From positions 1-25,588 of the IMG/VR virus record IMGVR_UViG_3300048575_000462: a stretch of 25,588 nucleotides of DNA; one strand, given 5' to 3'. The stretch comes from a virus. Taxonomy: Duplodnaviria; Caudoviricetes. Positions 24,863 to 25,588 of this stretch are shown piece by piece. The notes below the pieces were generated by a model. It did not search any database. It was not told the origin of the DNA and was given only the letters and a program-made list of their open reading frames with translations. Numbering within the stretch: position 1 is the stretch's first letter; every line of letters starts with the position of its first letter. The translations under genes were made by a program, and so were the position numbers.

Positions 24863-25108
24863 TCAACTCGCACCAGGCTGTTCCATTTCGGCATAAGGAG
24901 GTCTTACTCCGAGCGGCGCCGACGCTGCTGGAGTTGACGAGGGACCAGAGTCTCCACGCTGGTACCGGCGATAGAGCTTGAGCTTCCGGCGTCCCTTGGT
25001 TGCGCACTTAGCACTGCAATAGACGTCAGTGCCTGCCATTGGCCAGAAACGCTTTCCGCAAACCCGGCAGTGGTATTGCCCGAGCACCCGGATTGCGTCT
25101 GATGCCAT
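24863..25108 (-). CDS. Small zinc-finger protein (CxxC-x13-CxxxC; 81 aa)
   Basis: CRVCGKRF...YCSAKC followed by a basic helix. GGAGGG SD. Confidence 0.7.
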   Translation of the reverse strand: MASDAIRVLGQYHCRVCGKRFWPMAGTDVYCSAKCATKGRRKLKLYRRYQRGDSGPSSTPAASAPLGVRPPYAEMEQPGAS

Positions 25109-25165
25109 GTCGTCGCCCTCCGTTCTGTAGTTTTCTGTAGTCGCTTGATGTTTACCGCAAAGTGA

Positions 25166-25588
25166 TTACGTGCCCTGCAATGGCTCCCTGTCGAGGCTGA
25201 GCAGGCGTGTATCAACCCGCAGGCCGAGATAGGTAACAATCGCCTCGTACGCGGCCTGGGCCCCATAGCAGACGAGCGCTTGATAGCCCTCGGCTCTCAG
25301 GCGGGCCAGCCAGATGTCTTGCCCGCCGCTTGTCTTGCCCCCATCGGCCTTCAGCTCGACGTACAGGCCGTGGTAGCCACGCCGAGCAACTGGCAGATGC
25401 AGATCCGGCACGCCGGCTTTCACGCCCTCCACCCGCAGCCTGGCGGCCGTGGCGGCGTCCCGTGCCCCGCCGTTGGGGATGTGGTACAAGAGCTGCAGTT
25501 CGGCGATCGTCGTCCCCTGCTTGGCGGCCCAGCGCATCAATCGCACTTGGTGGTCGCCCTCAGAAACCTTGTGTGCCTTACGTTCCAT
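25166..25588 (-). CDS. VRR-NUC domain nuclease (140 aa)
   Basis: 'HIPNGG.R...GVKAGVPDL...LYVELK...Q..W...L...GY'. The start is at the window edge. Confidence 0.9.
   Translation of the reverse strand: MERKAHKVSEGDHQVRLMRWAAKQGTTIAELQLLYHIPNGGARDAATAARLRVEGVKAGVPDLHLPVARRGYHGLYVELKADGGKTSGGQDIWLARLRAEGYQALVCYGAQAAYEAIVTYLGLRVDTRLLSLDREPLQGT

Overview
The window is one continuous, minus-strand late operon of a high-GC tailed phage or prophage with siphovirus-type architecture. In transcription order (right to left) it carries a VRR-NUC nuclease, a small Zn-finger protein, a candidate late promoter, three small basic orphans, TerS, TerL, portal, a MuF/gp7 minor head protein with a C-terminal PBECR-like ribonuclease domain, scaffold, major capsid, head-tail connectors, tail tube, tail chaperones (GGGGGAA -1 frameshift), a 1883-aa tape measure protein, a lipoprotein moron, tail-tip and fibre genes, and a lysis cassette (two membrane proteins, a transglutaminase-like Cys-His-Asp protein, a lysozyme-fold endolysin). 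The most striking unexplained element is a ~103-nt structured RNA candidate on the opposite (+) strand at 18796-18898. It abuts the stop codon of the MuF-nuclease gene and has its own extended -10 box, an 11-bp closing stem, a GCAA tetraloop and a loop-loop pseudoknot. It occupies the position where an immunity gene would be expected, so it is a candidate RNA antitoxin or partner for a virion-packaged RNase. All product calls come from motif recognition and gene order; no searches were run. No integrase, att site, tRNA or CRISPR array was seen, and the host cannot be determined.
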